Of a stretch of DNA of 64,000 nt, positions 1 to 13,395 are shown one piece after another. Below the pieces are notes generated by a model, which saw only the letters and a program-made list of their open reading frames with translations, had not been told where the DNA came from and made no database searches. The stretch spans positions 74,152,001 to 74,216,000 of the forward strand of contig OX597814.1 of assembly GCA_951406725.2 (NCBI GenBank), given 5' to 3'. The translations under genes and the position numbers were made by a program. Numbering within the stretch: position 1 is the stretch's first letter; the number at the start of each line of letters is the position of its first letter. The stretch comes from Octopus vulgaris (taxonomy: Eukaryota).

Positions 1-32
1 ATAAATACCATACAAAGGTAATAATTTTTTAC

Positions 33-179
33 AACTATAAATAAGGGTATCTGAGAGACACTACCATGCCGAAATAGCAGTCAAACCCTGACTCTAAGGT
101 GGTTTTTAGGTGGTTTTTAGAGTCAGGGTTTGACTGCTATTTCGGCATGGTGGTGTCTCTCAGATACCCTTATTTATAG

Positions 180-181
<2 letters not shown>
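33..181. repeat. Near-perfect inverted repeat (65-bp arms, 19-bp loop), probably a Penelope-like terminal fold-back
   Basis: 33-97 is the reverse complement of 117-181 with one mismatch. The loop region has aggtggttttt twice. Confidence 0.85.
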
Positions 182-237
<56 letters not shown>

Positions 238-487
238 AATCTACGTCTCTACGCTTTCCATTCGTGATGACAAAATATGAACTCCTATTGGAATTTACAT
301 ACCACGGACGGGGAGCATTTCTACCACTTCTACACACTACTTTCCTTGAATAATGTATAACATCTTTATACATTCTTATTTTCATTTCTACTTTCATTCT
401 CCTATTTCCCTATATTAGTTGCTTCCTTTTCCAAAATAACTCCTAATATTGAACTCTAATAATTTCCTCTATCTAACATATCACAAT

Positions 488-535
488 GTCTCTGATGAAG
501 GGATATCCATAATATCCCAGAAACAGCTGTAAGAC
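488..535 (+). ncRNA. Minimal type-I hammerhead ribozyme motif of the Penelope-like-element kind
   Basis: GTCT-CTGATGA-a-GGGATAT(ccata)ATATCCC-a-GAAA-CAGCTG-TA-AGAC: stem I, conserved core, 7-bp stem II, palindromic stem III and a GUA cleavage triplet. Confidence 0.7.
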
Positions 536-601
536 TTAACTTTCTCTTTATAAATGTCCTGAAAATTCCACACAGCCTTGGCTTTGTTGTCTCATTTTAT
601 T

Positions 602-655
<54 letters not shown>

Positions 656-723
656 GCATATATGTATATACTTATTTGTGTATTCTACGCATAAGGTTTT
701 AATATTTTTTATCTTATAGCAAA

Positions 724-1093
724 ATGGATGCAAATAAACTCCCACCAAAGTTACAACGCTCAAATTCGTACTTAGTAAGTATTTCAGACAACGAAGATGG
801 GTTAAGTCAAATATCTGGCACTCCTCGTCAACTCAGCATCTCAACTATAGATGGGATTGGGAAAAAGCAGCAAAGCTCGAACGGAACTTGCCCTTCAGTC
901 GCTAGTGACACAACTAATAAGTCAACTGAAGTATTAATGGAAGCTCTCCGAATGGAAGAGGAACAAAATGCTCCGACCAAGTCTCGAGGAGCCTGGGATA
1001 ACAAATTTCAGTATATGTTAGCAGTAATTGGCTATGCAGTTGGATTAGGGAACGTCTGGCGTTTCCCTTACCTGGTTCAGAAAAATGGCGGAG
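724..1093 (+). CDS. First coding exon of an SLC6 (sodium:neurotransmitter/amino-acid symporter) gene, nutrient amino-acid transporter B0AT (SLC6A15-20)-like
   Basis: Translation ends [37 protein letters not shown], the SLC6 TM1 signature. Acceptor ttttatcttatag ends at 719. Donor GGAG|gtaag follows 1093 (phase 1), the usual NGGG|AF junction. Downstream exons were not found in the window. Confidence 0.93.
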
Positions 1094-1611
1094 GTAAGAT
1101 ATATTCTTCAATTGAAATAGTGGAAGTTGTGATATTAAAATATATATAGATAAATCGACAAAACAATATCTAGGAATCACGAGATTAAAAATAAATGACA
1201 CAGACGCTTAACATGAAGCACTTTGATCAAATTTTACAAACTATTACGCAATCTTATATAACTTGATTGGACTGGTTTTAAAAAGACAGCTTATTTTTAT
1301 TGTCACATGACGCTTTCTTACCACAAAGGAGTTACGAGCAGCCCATTCATCCCTATACATAAGTCATCGTAAAGAAAATCATACTGGAATGTGAATGTAA
1401 ATAACAGAATATAAATTTAGGGATAGGTTTGAATTTATAATTAATGCAGAATGTATCAAAATGGTTGGTTTATTTAGGTATAGGAAAAACTTACGCAATG
1501 TAGTTTTTAAACGGGAGAAGGAAAAGATTAAAAGTTATAAAATATATTTGGCTTAATTTCAGAAAGAACACGTGTAACTATTTTACAGATATACTAAAAA
1601 TGATGTTATCT

Positions 1612-2465
1612 ATACGAAAAGCATCTGGACTGTTGCCATAATAACGAAGCTAAAGCACAGAGAGAGAGAAGCCGCTTGGCAAACATTGACCCTGAACTCT
1701 GCTCACTTCCGCTATTTACAGCAGTGCTTGCAAGTAACGAGTTGAGCGTGTGATCGTCGCATTGACCATGACAGAGAAGGTTGTCATAGCGATACCTGTT
1801 CAGAGGCCTACGCAAAGTTTCAGAAAATGTATGGAGAAGAGTGTATGAGCTGCACACAAGTGTACGAGTGGTTCAGACGTTTCCAAGATGGCTGAAAAAT
1901 GTCGATATTGACAAACGTTCTTGGAGACCCTCAACCAGCAGAACTGAGTAAAATATCGCAGATGTACGTGCAGCTTGAGGAGAAATCGTCGAATCAGCAT
2001 CCCTGAGTTATCAGATGTGAAGATTAGTTACGGTTCGGTTCAGTCCATTATCATAGAAAACGTGGATATGAGACGCGTGTCTGCCGCGTTTGCGCCAAAA
2101 CTACTTTCAGCTGAACAAAAAAGGCACTTAGGTTTCAGTTGTACAAGATTTCCTTGATTGTATCGAGAGCGATGAAAACTTTTTGAAAACTTTGCGTAGC
2201 CTCTGAGAAAGTATCGGTAAACTTTTGACAAAATTTAATACAGATTCTCTACTGAACTTTCTCTGTCATGATCAATGCGACTATCACACGCTACACACCT
2301 TCCTTCCAAGCCCTGCTGTAAACAGCAGAACTGAGTAGAGACGTTAAAACTTAATGCATATGTACAACAGAGTTCAAGGTCAATCTGTGCCAAGAAGTTT
2401 GGCTCTGAGTGGTTTATCTTCGTTGCTATGGTAATAATCCGGATACTTATTGATCAGACCTCGTA
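1612..2465. mobile_element. Decayed mariner-derived element whose two ends are inverted copies of the 5' end
   Basis: Transposase N-terminal remnant on + (YEWFRRFQDG, VSAAFAPKLLSAEQK). ~2190-2465 is an inverted copy of the left end, ending in TIR ...tgatcagacctcg-TA. Confidence 0.7.
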
Positions 2466-2589
2466 CATAGCTACTGAAGACTAAACGTAGTTTTGTTAAT
2501 GAATTGTGCTGTGCAATTAGGCAAGTGTCATTGCTACCAACAACAACACTTCGCCATATTATTAACATAGTACTCCACTATGTATGTGC

Positions 2590-2637
<48 letters not shown>

Positions 2638-2751
2638 CTATAAATATTTATAGTTGTAAAAAATTATTACCTTTGTATGGTATTTATTCCCATGCTGGCC
2701 ACTTGATAATATCGATATATAAATATCGATATTATCCTTATATATATATAT

Positions 2752-2802
<51 letters not shown>

Positions 2803-2806
<4 letters not shown>

Positions 2807-4126
2807 GTCATCCCATAAGTTCTGTCGGATTTTACCTTTTTTAAAATTGAATGAAATTTAATTGTATTTTAGAATGTCTAATGGAATAAAAAATTATTTT
2901 TATGCATTTGTGTACATTTAAACTAATTAAATATTTTACAGAATAATAGAATTAACATTTCTTTGATTAACACCCTTTCTAACATGGAAGTATCCAAAGA
3001 GCATTTGAGGCACATAATGATTTATGAGTACAAAAAAGGTAACTCTGCTGCCGATGCGACTCGAAACATATACACAGTTTATGGGAAAGAAAGCTTGAAT
3101 GAAAGAACTTGCAAAATAAGGTTTACAAAATTCAGAAGTGGAGATTTCAGCCTTGAAGATGAAGATCGAACAGGACGTCCAGTTGAGTTTGATGATAAGC
3201 TCCTTGAGGCATTACTTGAAGAAAATGCCGCATTATCAGTTGAAGAATTGGCAATAAAGCTTAGTTCAAACCATACAACTGTTCATCATCATCTTCAACA
3301 AATTGGAAAGGTTCCTAAATTTGGAAAATCGGTGCCTCAGGAATTGTCCAAAAGCAACCGCAAATCCCGAGTTGACATCTGCTCTTCTCTCCATTCTCGC
3401 GAACTCATTTCACCCTTTTTGGATAGACTTGTGATTGGTGACGAAAATGGATCTTCTACCGAAATACTAAACCTCGTAAACAGTAGCTTGGCAAAAGGGA
3501 AAAGGCCTAACCACAACTGAGAAGGGAACTTCGTGGGTAAAACGTTCTTCTCTCTATTTGGTGGAATTGCAAAGGAGTAATTCACTTTGAATTGATACCA
3601 CCTAATGCAACAATCAATGCTCAAGTCTACTGTCAGCAATTAGAGCGTTTGAACCAAGCTTTGAAGAAAAAAGACCCAATTTAGTGAATCGAAAAGGAGT
3701 AATGTTTCATCAGGACAATGCGACTATCACACGCTACACACCTTCCTTCCAAGCCCTGCTATAAACAGCAGAACTGCAAAGGTCACATCACTGAAGATCG
3801 AAGATCTTGGTTGGGAAAAAATTCCTCATCCACCTTATTCTCCCGACTTTGCTCCTTCAGACTAACATTTGTTTAGTAGTTTACAGAATCATTTGGGGGA
3901 TATAACTTTTGCAAGCTAGGAAGAGGTCGAAACTGACATTTCAGAGTTCCTCGCTTTGAAACCAAAAGAGTTTTACATTGATGGGATTAAAAAGCTTGTA
4001 AGTAGATGGAAGGAAGTCATAGATAATCAGAGAAAGTACATTGATGATTAAATTTCAATTAAATATAATATTTGATCACTTGTTTTCTTTATTCAAAATT
4101 CGGACAAAACTTATGGGATGTTCTGA
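2803..4126 (+). mobile_element. Full-length but inactivated mariner (Tc1/mariner) DNA transposon
   Basis: TIRs tcaggtcatcccataagttctgtc / gacaaaacttatgggatgttctga flanked by TA. Transposase from ATG 2984 to ~4050 with HTH region, GDE, HQDNA and HPPYSPDFAPSD motifs, broken by frameshifts and stops. Confidence 0.92.
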
Positions 4127-4279
4127 TATATTATGCTAAAGTGTTGTAAGTCCAAAACGTTGCTTTCTCAGAAATCGAAAAATAGTTTCACCTTTCCATA
4201 GCAAAAACCGTTGTACTACACTTTCACTATTTTTAATATCTTGGCAGCTGAAGCAGCTGGAAATGCGATAGTTTGATCA

Positions 4280-5185
4280 AAAGAACCGGCTATTGCAAGC
4301 AAAGATAAAGCATCGGTTTGATTTTCGAACTCCTTCTCTCGCAGGAAACTTTCATTGTGGTTGAAAAAGTGGTAATCGGTAGAAAAAAGGTTTGAGGAAT
4401 AAGCTGGGTGGGTAAGAACTTCGTAGCCTAGTTTCCTCAACTTCCGAAGCGTCATTAAGCATTGTCATGAAGAATGATTGGTCCTCTTCTGTTGACCAGA
4501 CTGGGACGGAGGAGAAGCAGGTTTTCGTTCATTTTGGCAATTTCATGGCAATATGTTTCTGCAGTAATGGTTTTTCTGAGTTTTAAGACGTTATAGAGGA
4601 TGAGTCCAGCAGTACACCACCAAGCAATCATCATAGCCTTCTTTTTGAAGAGTTCGAATTTAGGGGAGATTTTCGGTGCTTTATTTTGGTCCAACCCCTG
4701 CGAAGAACGTTTTTAATTTTTGTATAGAATTCACTTTTCATCGTATGTTACAATACGGTCGAGATGTGGATTGGTCTGGTTACAGAGAAGTGACGAGCAA
4801 ATTTCATATGTGCGCATTTTTCTGATTTTCATTCTAATCGTGGTACCCATTTGTCGAGCTTTTTTGATTTTCCGACCACCTGAAAATGGTTGCAAGCAGT
4901 TTTCTGGCTCAGTTTTTTTTTGTCAGTTCTCGAGTAGTTTTACGTGGATTTTTCTCAATGACGGTCTTTAATCGATGACAGATGGGTATCCACTACGTTC
5001 ATGATCCTCAAAGCTCAGGTCTCTACTGTGAAATCGTTTAAACACTGTTTGAGCTGACCACTCATTGGTCATTTCCTCGCCAAACGTTTCGTTGACACTG
5101 CGAGCAGTTTCAGCTGCCTTAAGTCCTTTTTTTAAAATTTGAATAGCAAAATTGCTCGAATATCGCGCTTTGACAGTTCTAGTTC
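4280..5185 (-). mobile_element. Degraded second mariner transposase remnant
   Basis: Minus-strand ORF pieces with WWCTAGLI, GPIILHDNA and HPAYSSNLFSTDYHFF (mariner YSPDLAP-like). Confidence 0.8.
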
Positions 5186-5454
5186 GGATGATTGTAACAA
5201 CGGCGATAAATTATTCACAGTTCAAAACGTTGCTTACTCAACCTGATTGTAAAGTGCTCTACTACCCCATTAGCATATGAAACATGACCTTATTCTAATA
5301 TACCTTGGTGTGAACAGAATGAACTACTGGTATTGATGCACTGGCAATGAATCTGTGAAGTAGTAGCCTTTTAAGATTAGTCTTCCAATAATAAATAAAC
5401 TTCGGTCACAGTTCGGTAATCGGTGATTGGTTTGAATTCTAATCTTGGAATATT

Positions 5455-5615
5455 TTTTCTACTCTGGGCATAAGGCCCGAAATTTTTGGGGAGGGAGCTA
5501 GTAGATTAGATCGACTCCAATACGTAACTGATACTTAATCTGTCGATCCCGAAAGGATGAACGGCAAAATACCGCTAAGCATTTCACCCGGCGTACTAAC
5601 GTTTCTGCCGCCTTT
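5455..5615 (-). mobile_element. Partial tRNA-derived cephalopod SINE (family A)
   Basis: Shares cccgaaaggatgaa and gcatttcacccggcgt with the other family-A copies. Confidence 0.7.
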
Positions 5616-6579
5616 CTAACCTTGGAATATTGTTTGGAAATTGAAAAGAAAAATACAAAATCTTTATCACCTTTTCTATTCTGGATGAAATATGTACTGA
5701 ATATCAATAAACTGTTTTACAAGCTAAGCCTTAGAAGTTCTATGAATTCCCTGAGCAGATCCAAATTAATAAGTCATCAGCTTTACTCGTGTTTAAAGTC
5801 TAGATTTTCGATTATCCTCTTCCGGTTCATAGACATCTTCAATATCTGAATTTGGGTTTAAATAGGGATTATGGCGGAATTCTGCTTTAAGCATGCAATA
5901 TAACCAATCTAACATTTTTATATTTTAAAAATTTTTTTAAAATTTAATTTTTATATTTCAGAAAATTTTTCAGAAATTTTTTGGGAAATTCATATGATTA
6001 TTCAAAAAAAACTTTTTGGTGCGTGATTTAAGGGCTATTTAGCTGTTATTTTTAGCACATCTCACGACTCGCTTATACCTTCCTCGTTTGTTTGTCAGTC
6101 AGACGTATTGATGCTTTTCAATATCTGTTTCCCCATAAACACATTTAATGCTCTATTGCTGGTATCTAAGTAAAAATTTCGGAGTGAGCATATTTTAAGT
6201 AGTGATTCATTAAAAAAAAAATTTTAAATTAAAAAGAAATTTACATAATTTTTTTTTTCGAAAAATTAGAATGTGTAGAATACAAATTCGTAAACAATTT
6301 CTGAAAATTCTCAAAAATGAAAAAAGTTATGAGGGGTTATATGGAGTACCTAAAGTACAATTCCGCCGGAATTATAGTGATTTGGATTGTAAGGCATGGA
6401 TCCCATTGCTGTTAAAAGATTTGGGTACTGAAAACTTTCTTTGCTATTACCATTGTAGCATTAAACATCGCATTAGAAATAACAATTGTCGACATGTCTT
6501 TTGGCTCACGGCTAATAATAAAAATTTCCGAAGTTGACATGACGCCAGTTTTTAAATTCTACTGCTCATGCGAGAAAGC

Positions 6580-7310
<731 letters not shown>

Positions 7311-7319
7311 AAATATAGA

Positions 7320-9345
7320 ACTGAAACAGTAGTCTGTCCAAAACAGGCAGAACTGGTCATTCCAGGAAGGAATCAGCAAAAAAAAAAAAAAAAAAATGCC
7401 CCGGGACCAGATGGAGTTCAAGGCTACTGCATCAAAAGGTTTGGTGAATCTCATGCACGAATAGCTGTACAACTCAACACCTTGTTAAATGCTAACCAAG
7501 TAACACCAGAGTGGTTGAAATGGGTAGGTGAGTGACGTGGTTGAAAAACATCGAAAAAGGCAATATGGTAGACAATTACAGGCCGATATCCTGCTTGCCA
7601 CTCATGTGGAAGTTATTGACTGGAATACTCGCAGAGTCATTGTACGGACATTTGGAAAAAATGGAGTCCTGCCACATGAGCAGAAAGGTTGAAAGTGTTA
7701 GTGCAGAGATACCAAAGATCGTGATAAACAAAACTGCAAGAGGAGGAAAACTAACTTGGACATGTCATTGATTAATTATAGAATGTATGAACCTATTTGA
7801 TATCGCATCGAATGTTGAGTGATTGCTTCGAGAAAGTATGGCGAAGTGGAGACGGACCTGACAGCATACGGAAGAAGTTTAGGGACAGTAGAAATCAGAG
7901 GGGCATCTTCAAGGGGACTGCCTGTCCCCACTGATCTTTGTACTGTGCTTGATACCACTAACACTGATTCTGAGGAAAGCAAAAGCTGGGTATGTATTCA
8001 AAAGCCGCCAACAAAAAGTCAACATTTGTTATTCATGGATGACCTCAAACTTTATGGTAAAGATGAGGCCCAAATCAGTTCCCTCGCTGATACAGTGTAT
8101 ACTTTAAGTGCTGCTATCAGAATTGGAGTTCGGACAGAAAAAGTGTGGTGTGTTAGTCTTGAAGAGAGGCAAAATCAAATGTATGGAAGGGCTAACGATA
8201 CCGTCTGGGGAGGTTATGAAGCAGATAGAAGAGACAGGCTATAAGTACTTGGGGATGTTGGAAATGGATAAAATGATGGAAAATGAAATGAGAGAAAAAT
8301 CTAAGGTGGAGTACTTGCGCAGACTGAGATTGATCCTTAATTCGAAATTAAACGGATGGAATAAGATTGAAGCTATCAACACCTGGGCGGTTTCACTCCT
8401 TAGATATGGAGCAGGGGTAGTCGCATGTACAGTAGACGAACTAAACAGCTTAGACAGAAAGACAAGGAAGTTGCTAACTAGATATGGGACACTCCACCCA
8501 AAAAGTGACACAGACAGACTGTATGTACCAAGAAAAAGAGGGGGAAGAGGACTTATTGGATGCGAACACAGCATTAGAGCAGAAGAAAACAACATAGCAT
8601 GGTATGTAAAAAATGCCACAGAACCGCTATTATTAGAAGTAAGAAGTCAGGCTTGTGTAGGATGAAAGATTGCAAAGATAAAGCACTGTACAAGCACTTG
8701 AGAATGAATGAAACTAAAAATAGGTGATAAAGAAAAGAATGCATGGTCAATTTCATAGGGATGTTGAAGATAATACAGACAGAGAAAAAAGATGGCTGTG
8801 GATGACTAAAAGTGATTTAAAACCGGAAACGGAGGCTCTAATCTGTGCTGCCCAAGAGCAAGCACTAAGAACAAACTACATAAAATACAGAATAGACAAC
8901 ACATCAGAAAGTGATAAGTGCAGAATCTGTGGACAAAATGGTGAAACCGTATGGCATATTACCAGCCAATGTACGCCACTAGCCCAGAAGGAATATAAGA
9001 GACGCCATGACAATATAGCAAGGATTGTCCATTGGACACTTTGCAACAAGTATGGACTTGACAGAGCAAAAAATTGGTACGACCACAAACCCGAAGGCAT
9101 CATCGAAAATGATAATGCAAAGATCCTGTGGGATTTTATGATTCAGTGCGACCATGAGATAGAGAATAGGAAGTCGGACATAGTCTTAATTGAGAAAGAA
9201 AGCAAACTATGCTGGATCATAGATATAGCATGCCCAGCTGTCAACAAGGTATGCGATAAGGAAGAAAGAAAGTCGATAGATATGACAGGTTAGCTTAAGA
9301 GATTAAGCAGTCATGGTCGATGGAGAAGGTGGTAGTAGTACCGAT
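7320..9345 (+). mobile_element. 5'-truncated, frameshifted non-LTR retrotransposon with C-terminal restriction-like endonuclease (R4/Dong-like)
   Basis: [42 protein letters not shown] finger CRICGQNGETVWHITSQC, RHD and a PD-like RLE motif (KSDIVLI...IDIACP). Confidence 0.9.
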
Positions 9346-10172
9346 AATAGTGGTATCAAGCACAGTACAAAGGTCAGTGGGAACAAGCAGTCCACTTAGA
9401 AGATGCCCCTCCTAATTTCTACAGTGCCTAAACTTTCCGTATGCTGTCAGGTCCCTCCTCCAATTCGCCATACTTTTTCCAAACAATCGCTCCACATTCG
9501 ATGAAATACCAAATAGGTTCATACATTCCATAATCCAAGACTGTGGGATCATATCGTACGCTTTACGATAATCTATCCATGACATGACTAAGTTAGTTTT
9601 CCTCCTCTTGCAGTCTCTAATAAGGCTTGAATTCCATCTGGTCCCGGAGCCTTCAAGTTGCTAATTTTTTTGCTGATTTCCTTCACTTCCCTTACTGAAA
9701 TGACTAGTTCTGCCTGTTTTGGACAGACTACTGTTTGTTTCAGTTCTTGTAACCATACAGCATCCTTCTTGTGTTCCTTGTCTTTGCTACAGATGTCACT
9801 CCCAAAACTTTGACTTTCATTGTTATCTGTATCATCTTTTCATCTGTACACTCTCCATTTATTTCTTTATAGAATCTCTTCTGATCTACTCTGAATAACC
9901 TATTCTGGTGGTAACCCTTCATTCTTTGGTCGTATCTTACCATCTTTGCTTTCTTTGCAACGAGGCGCTGTTTCAGTTCCTCCATTACCACTTTCAGGCC
10001 CTTTCTTTCAATATTATACTTCCTTTTCAGCGCCCTGTATTTTTGTTCGCTTTTAAGCCCCTCTTTCTCTTTATGGTTTAACACAGAAATTTCCTTCGAG
10101 AATATATTTAACCCCGTCAGTATTCTACTTTTCCACCATGGATCTTTTCCTCTGTCACCCACAATTTCACCC
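9346..10172 (-). mobile_element. Inverted, internally deleted fragment of the same R4/Dong-like LINE family
   Basis: 9346-9620 is the reverse complement of ~7730-7960, and 9700-9735 of ~7325-7360. ORF 9740..10174 has ELKQRL.AK...RY...QNRLF..DQKRFY. Confidence 0.85.
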
Positions 10173-10189
10173 ACAATATATATATATAC

Positions 10190-10239
<50 letters not shown>

Positions 10240-10381
10240 ATATGTATGTATGTATGTATGTAAGTATGTATGTATGTATGTATGTATGTATGTATGTATG
10301 TATGTATGTATGTATGCATATGTATGTATGTATGTATGTATGTATGTTTATATGTGTTTACATTTACACACACACACACAC

Positions 10382-10481
10382 NNNNNNNNNNNNNNNNNNN
10401 NNNNNNNNNNNNNNNNNNNNNNNNNNNNNNNNNNNNNNNNNNNNNNNNNNNNNNNNNNNNNNNNNNNNNNNNNNNNNNNNN
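10382..10481. other. Assembly gap (100 N)
   Basis: Run of exactly 100 n after a (CA)n tract; probably a placeholder of unknown true size. Confidence 0.99.
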
Positions 10482-10650
10482 TGCAAACAACTGAAATTGC
10501 AGGCATTAATGCTGATAGACACCATCAAGTGATAAGGAGCCAATAAATGTTCTTTAGTACTTAAAGCATTACAATAGTTTAGCACACTTCATGAAAGATG
10601 AAAAAAATAAACAATGAAATGGACAAACAAATCTCAAGAGGTTTACTTAC

Positions 10651-10782
10651 AACACAACTGAGAAGCATAGAATCCATCTGATAATCCCCAAAATCCAAAA
10701 ATGAGGATATACGGTAAAAGGGAGGTGCTCACTGGTTGCCATAAGAACAAGCTGAGAATGACCAGTTGAAAAGACAATGATC
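10651..10782 (-). CDS. UNC93A: UNC-93-like gene, 132-bp exon (GSLSFQLVILSLFLWQPVSTSLLPYILIFGFWGLSDGFYASQLC)
   Basis: Acceptor cctattcag and perfect donor gtaagt. Phase 1 to phase 1, open when joined to the preceding exon. Matches the UNC93 L.LW.P ... G.WG..D....Q TM9-10 motif. Lies after a 15.1-kb intron. Confidence 0.9.
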
Positions 10783-13179
10783 CTGAATAGGGGTTTAAAA
10801 GAAAAAAAAATAATCAACAACTGTGTAATGAAGATTCTGGAAAACATAGGCAAGATGATGTTAATGTCTAACGTAAAGACAAGACCATACATTATGGGGA
10901 AGGGTATAGTTGATCAGATTAACAGCTATTCATTTTATCACCTCCAGAAACTAGATTTGAACTCAGAATATAAAAGGATGTAATAATTTGTTGATCACTC
11001 TATTGATTTCTCATAAGAGATCAATAGAGTGTGAACCTAATAAGAGTGATAAATTTTGGTTCATTATATCTGGACACTTTATTTGATATATACATAAAAT
11101 TCAAGAAAAATATATAATTATAAAGACCACATTGAAAGCAAAATATTCAAGTAATATATTTTCTTCACACTCAAAAGGAATTGATGAAATTGTAAAGCTG
11201 TTTTTGATTATAATAATCTGAAAATGTTATTAGATAAATACAAATAAGATAAAATAAAGATTGTTGCTTTTATGTTGTAACCATTATATGCACATACAAT
11301 ATCAATATAGAATATAAACATTTTAAATCCTTAAATATTCAAGAATATGATAAACAGTTGTTTTAAATTTATTGCAGTTAAATGCTTGGTATACTAAAAT
11401 CATTTTAAGAAAATAAAAAAATATAAAATAAAAATATTTTCAAACTTTTAGCCATACGTCATTAAGCAGAGATAAAGTTACTATTGTTTCTGATTTCATA
11501 CTTTAGTATAAAGCCATAACTTTATAGGAGAAATATAAAGTACATTCAATGGATGGTAAGTAAACAATTTTATACTGTAAAGCATTTAGTTTGATGTTAT
11601 ACCATTTCTTAAAAATGTAACTATTTGGTTATATTTGGAACCAAATATTATATTCAACAGTGACATTCATCACACACACACAGACACAAAGAAAACATTT
11701 TCACTATTATGTTCACTATGACAATGCCATTGACATTTTACACAGAAATAAGTTGGATTATAACACTTTATATGCATCCAATAAACAACACATCAATAAA
11801 GATATTTCATATTTAAGTTCTCAAACTCTAACATGGTGAGAGCTATCAGATAAACCATTTACACAATGATAACTAAGCAATGTAGAAATAAAAAATTCAT
11901 GTAGTCATGCAATACTTAATTTATTGCTGGAATTTATTCTTCCCACATCTTTGTTGCTCACTTTTCTTACAATAAGGTCCAGTTCATAAGCAGTAATAGT
12001 TCCACCATTGGTTTAGGGCAACACATGTCTGAAAGCCTTCTCACTTCTGACCCTCACCCACAAACCACAACAGGTGCAAAATTGCCAGCCTTAAATTTAA
12101 CTGGGATGCAACGGGAACCTATTAGCAGTGTTGCTTCACTTGCTAAAAATTGCAGGTAAATCTCCCACAAATCATACGTTACCATCTTAAAAAGGATACA
12201 TTGAATAATATATATAAAAAGGATGGGATGGTCACTTTTGATCCTTAAGTCAGCTCAGTAAAGGATAACCTAATACTAAAGTAGATTATCCTTTACTGAG
12301 GATGGAAATATAAAAAAAAAAACTTGGATGCAAATCATCTTGAAACATACTCTAAAGCATTGCAGCTTCTTGCATTCATCAAATTCAACTTGCTTGTCTC
12401 AGTATAGTTACCACCAAAATTACAGAACTTATAAAACAAAATGCACAGAAGCCACATTGCTCTTAATACAAACAACATGATGAAACATGCAGTTTAAAAC
12501 AGGCTAACACAAAACACATTTGATAGATTGAATATATGAATAATTCCAAACATTTCAATAGTTTTACTTTGTCAATTTTTTTTCAAGCAGAGCAGAAAGG
12601 AAATGCCCTTTTATAAAAGCTAAACACCTATTTATAAAAGATATCTAAAGTGATTAACTTGAAATCAAACAAACAGAAATACATAAATATCAATATAAAA
12701 CATGTCAATTCATTTTAATGTTAAAGTAATTTATATGAAAATTTAACGGAAGATGCAATTGCTTTTTACTTCTATATCAAATGGTAAAAAAAAAAACAAA
12801 AAAAAAACACACACACACCAGATTTGTGTAAAAGTCAGGGAACATTTTATAGAAGATATTTGTTAACGAAATTTACTGTTGTAGAAAAACAAAATGTTTT
12901 CTTCTAACAATTTAATAAGCCAAAACTTTCAGATTTTTCAGTAGAAATTTAATTTTCAAATATTAATTTGAATTTATGAATACTGAATTTAATATTGTAA
13001 CTGTTCCTATATATTATTGCAATCATTTTAAAGAAATTGTTTTACAATCATCTCAGAATACAATTCAACAGAAATGTAGGCATTATTAGAAGCAATGAAT
13101 TTATGTTTAATGTATTTCTTTTACTAAAAAAAAAACAATATTTTAAAAATGTATTTTTTCAAATGTAATGCATAATAAT

Positions 13180-13395
13180 AGTTTCAAATTATGGCACAAG
13201 GCCAGCAATTTTAGGGTAGGAGGTAAGTCAATTACATCGACTCCAGTGCTCAACTGGTACTTATGTTATCAACCCCAAAAGGATGAAAGGCAAAGTTGAC
13301 CTTGGTGAAATTTGAACTCAGAACATAAAGACAAGCAAAATGCTTACCAGCATTTTGGCTGGCATGTTAACAATTCTGCTAGTTTGGTGCCTTCC
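13180..13395 (-). mobile_element. SINE family A copy with CpG decay
   Basis: aaaggatgaaaggcaaagttgaccttggtgaaatttgaactcagaa, versus gtcgacctcggcggaatttgaactc in the copy at ~33370. Confidence 0.8.

Noticed and set aside
10482-10585. KEHLLAPYHL peptide faintly resembling the UNC93 last-exon KEAAFANYRL motif
   Set aside because: No acceptor gives the required phase-1 join; the candidate AG sites lead to early stops.
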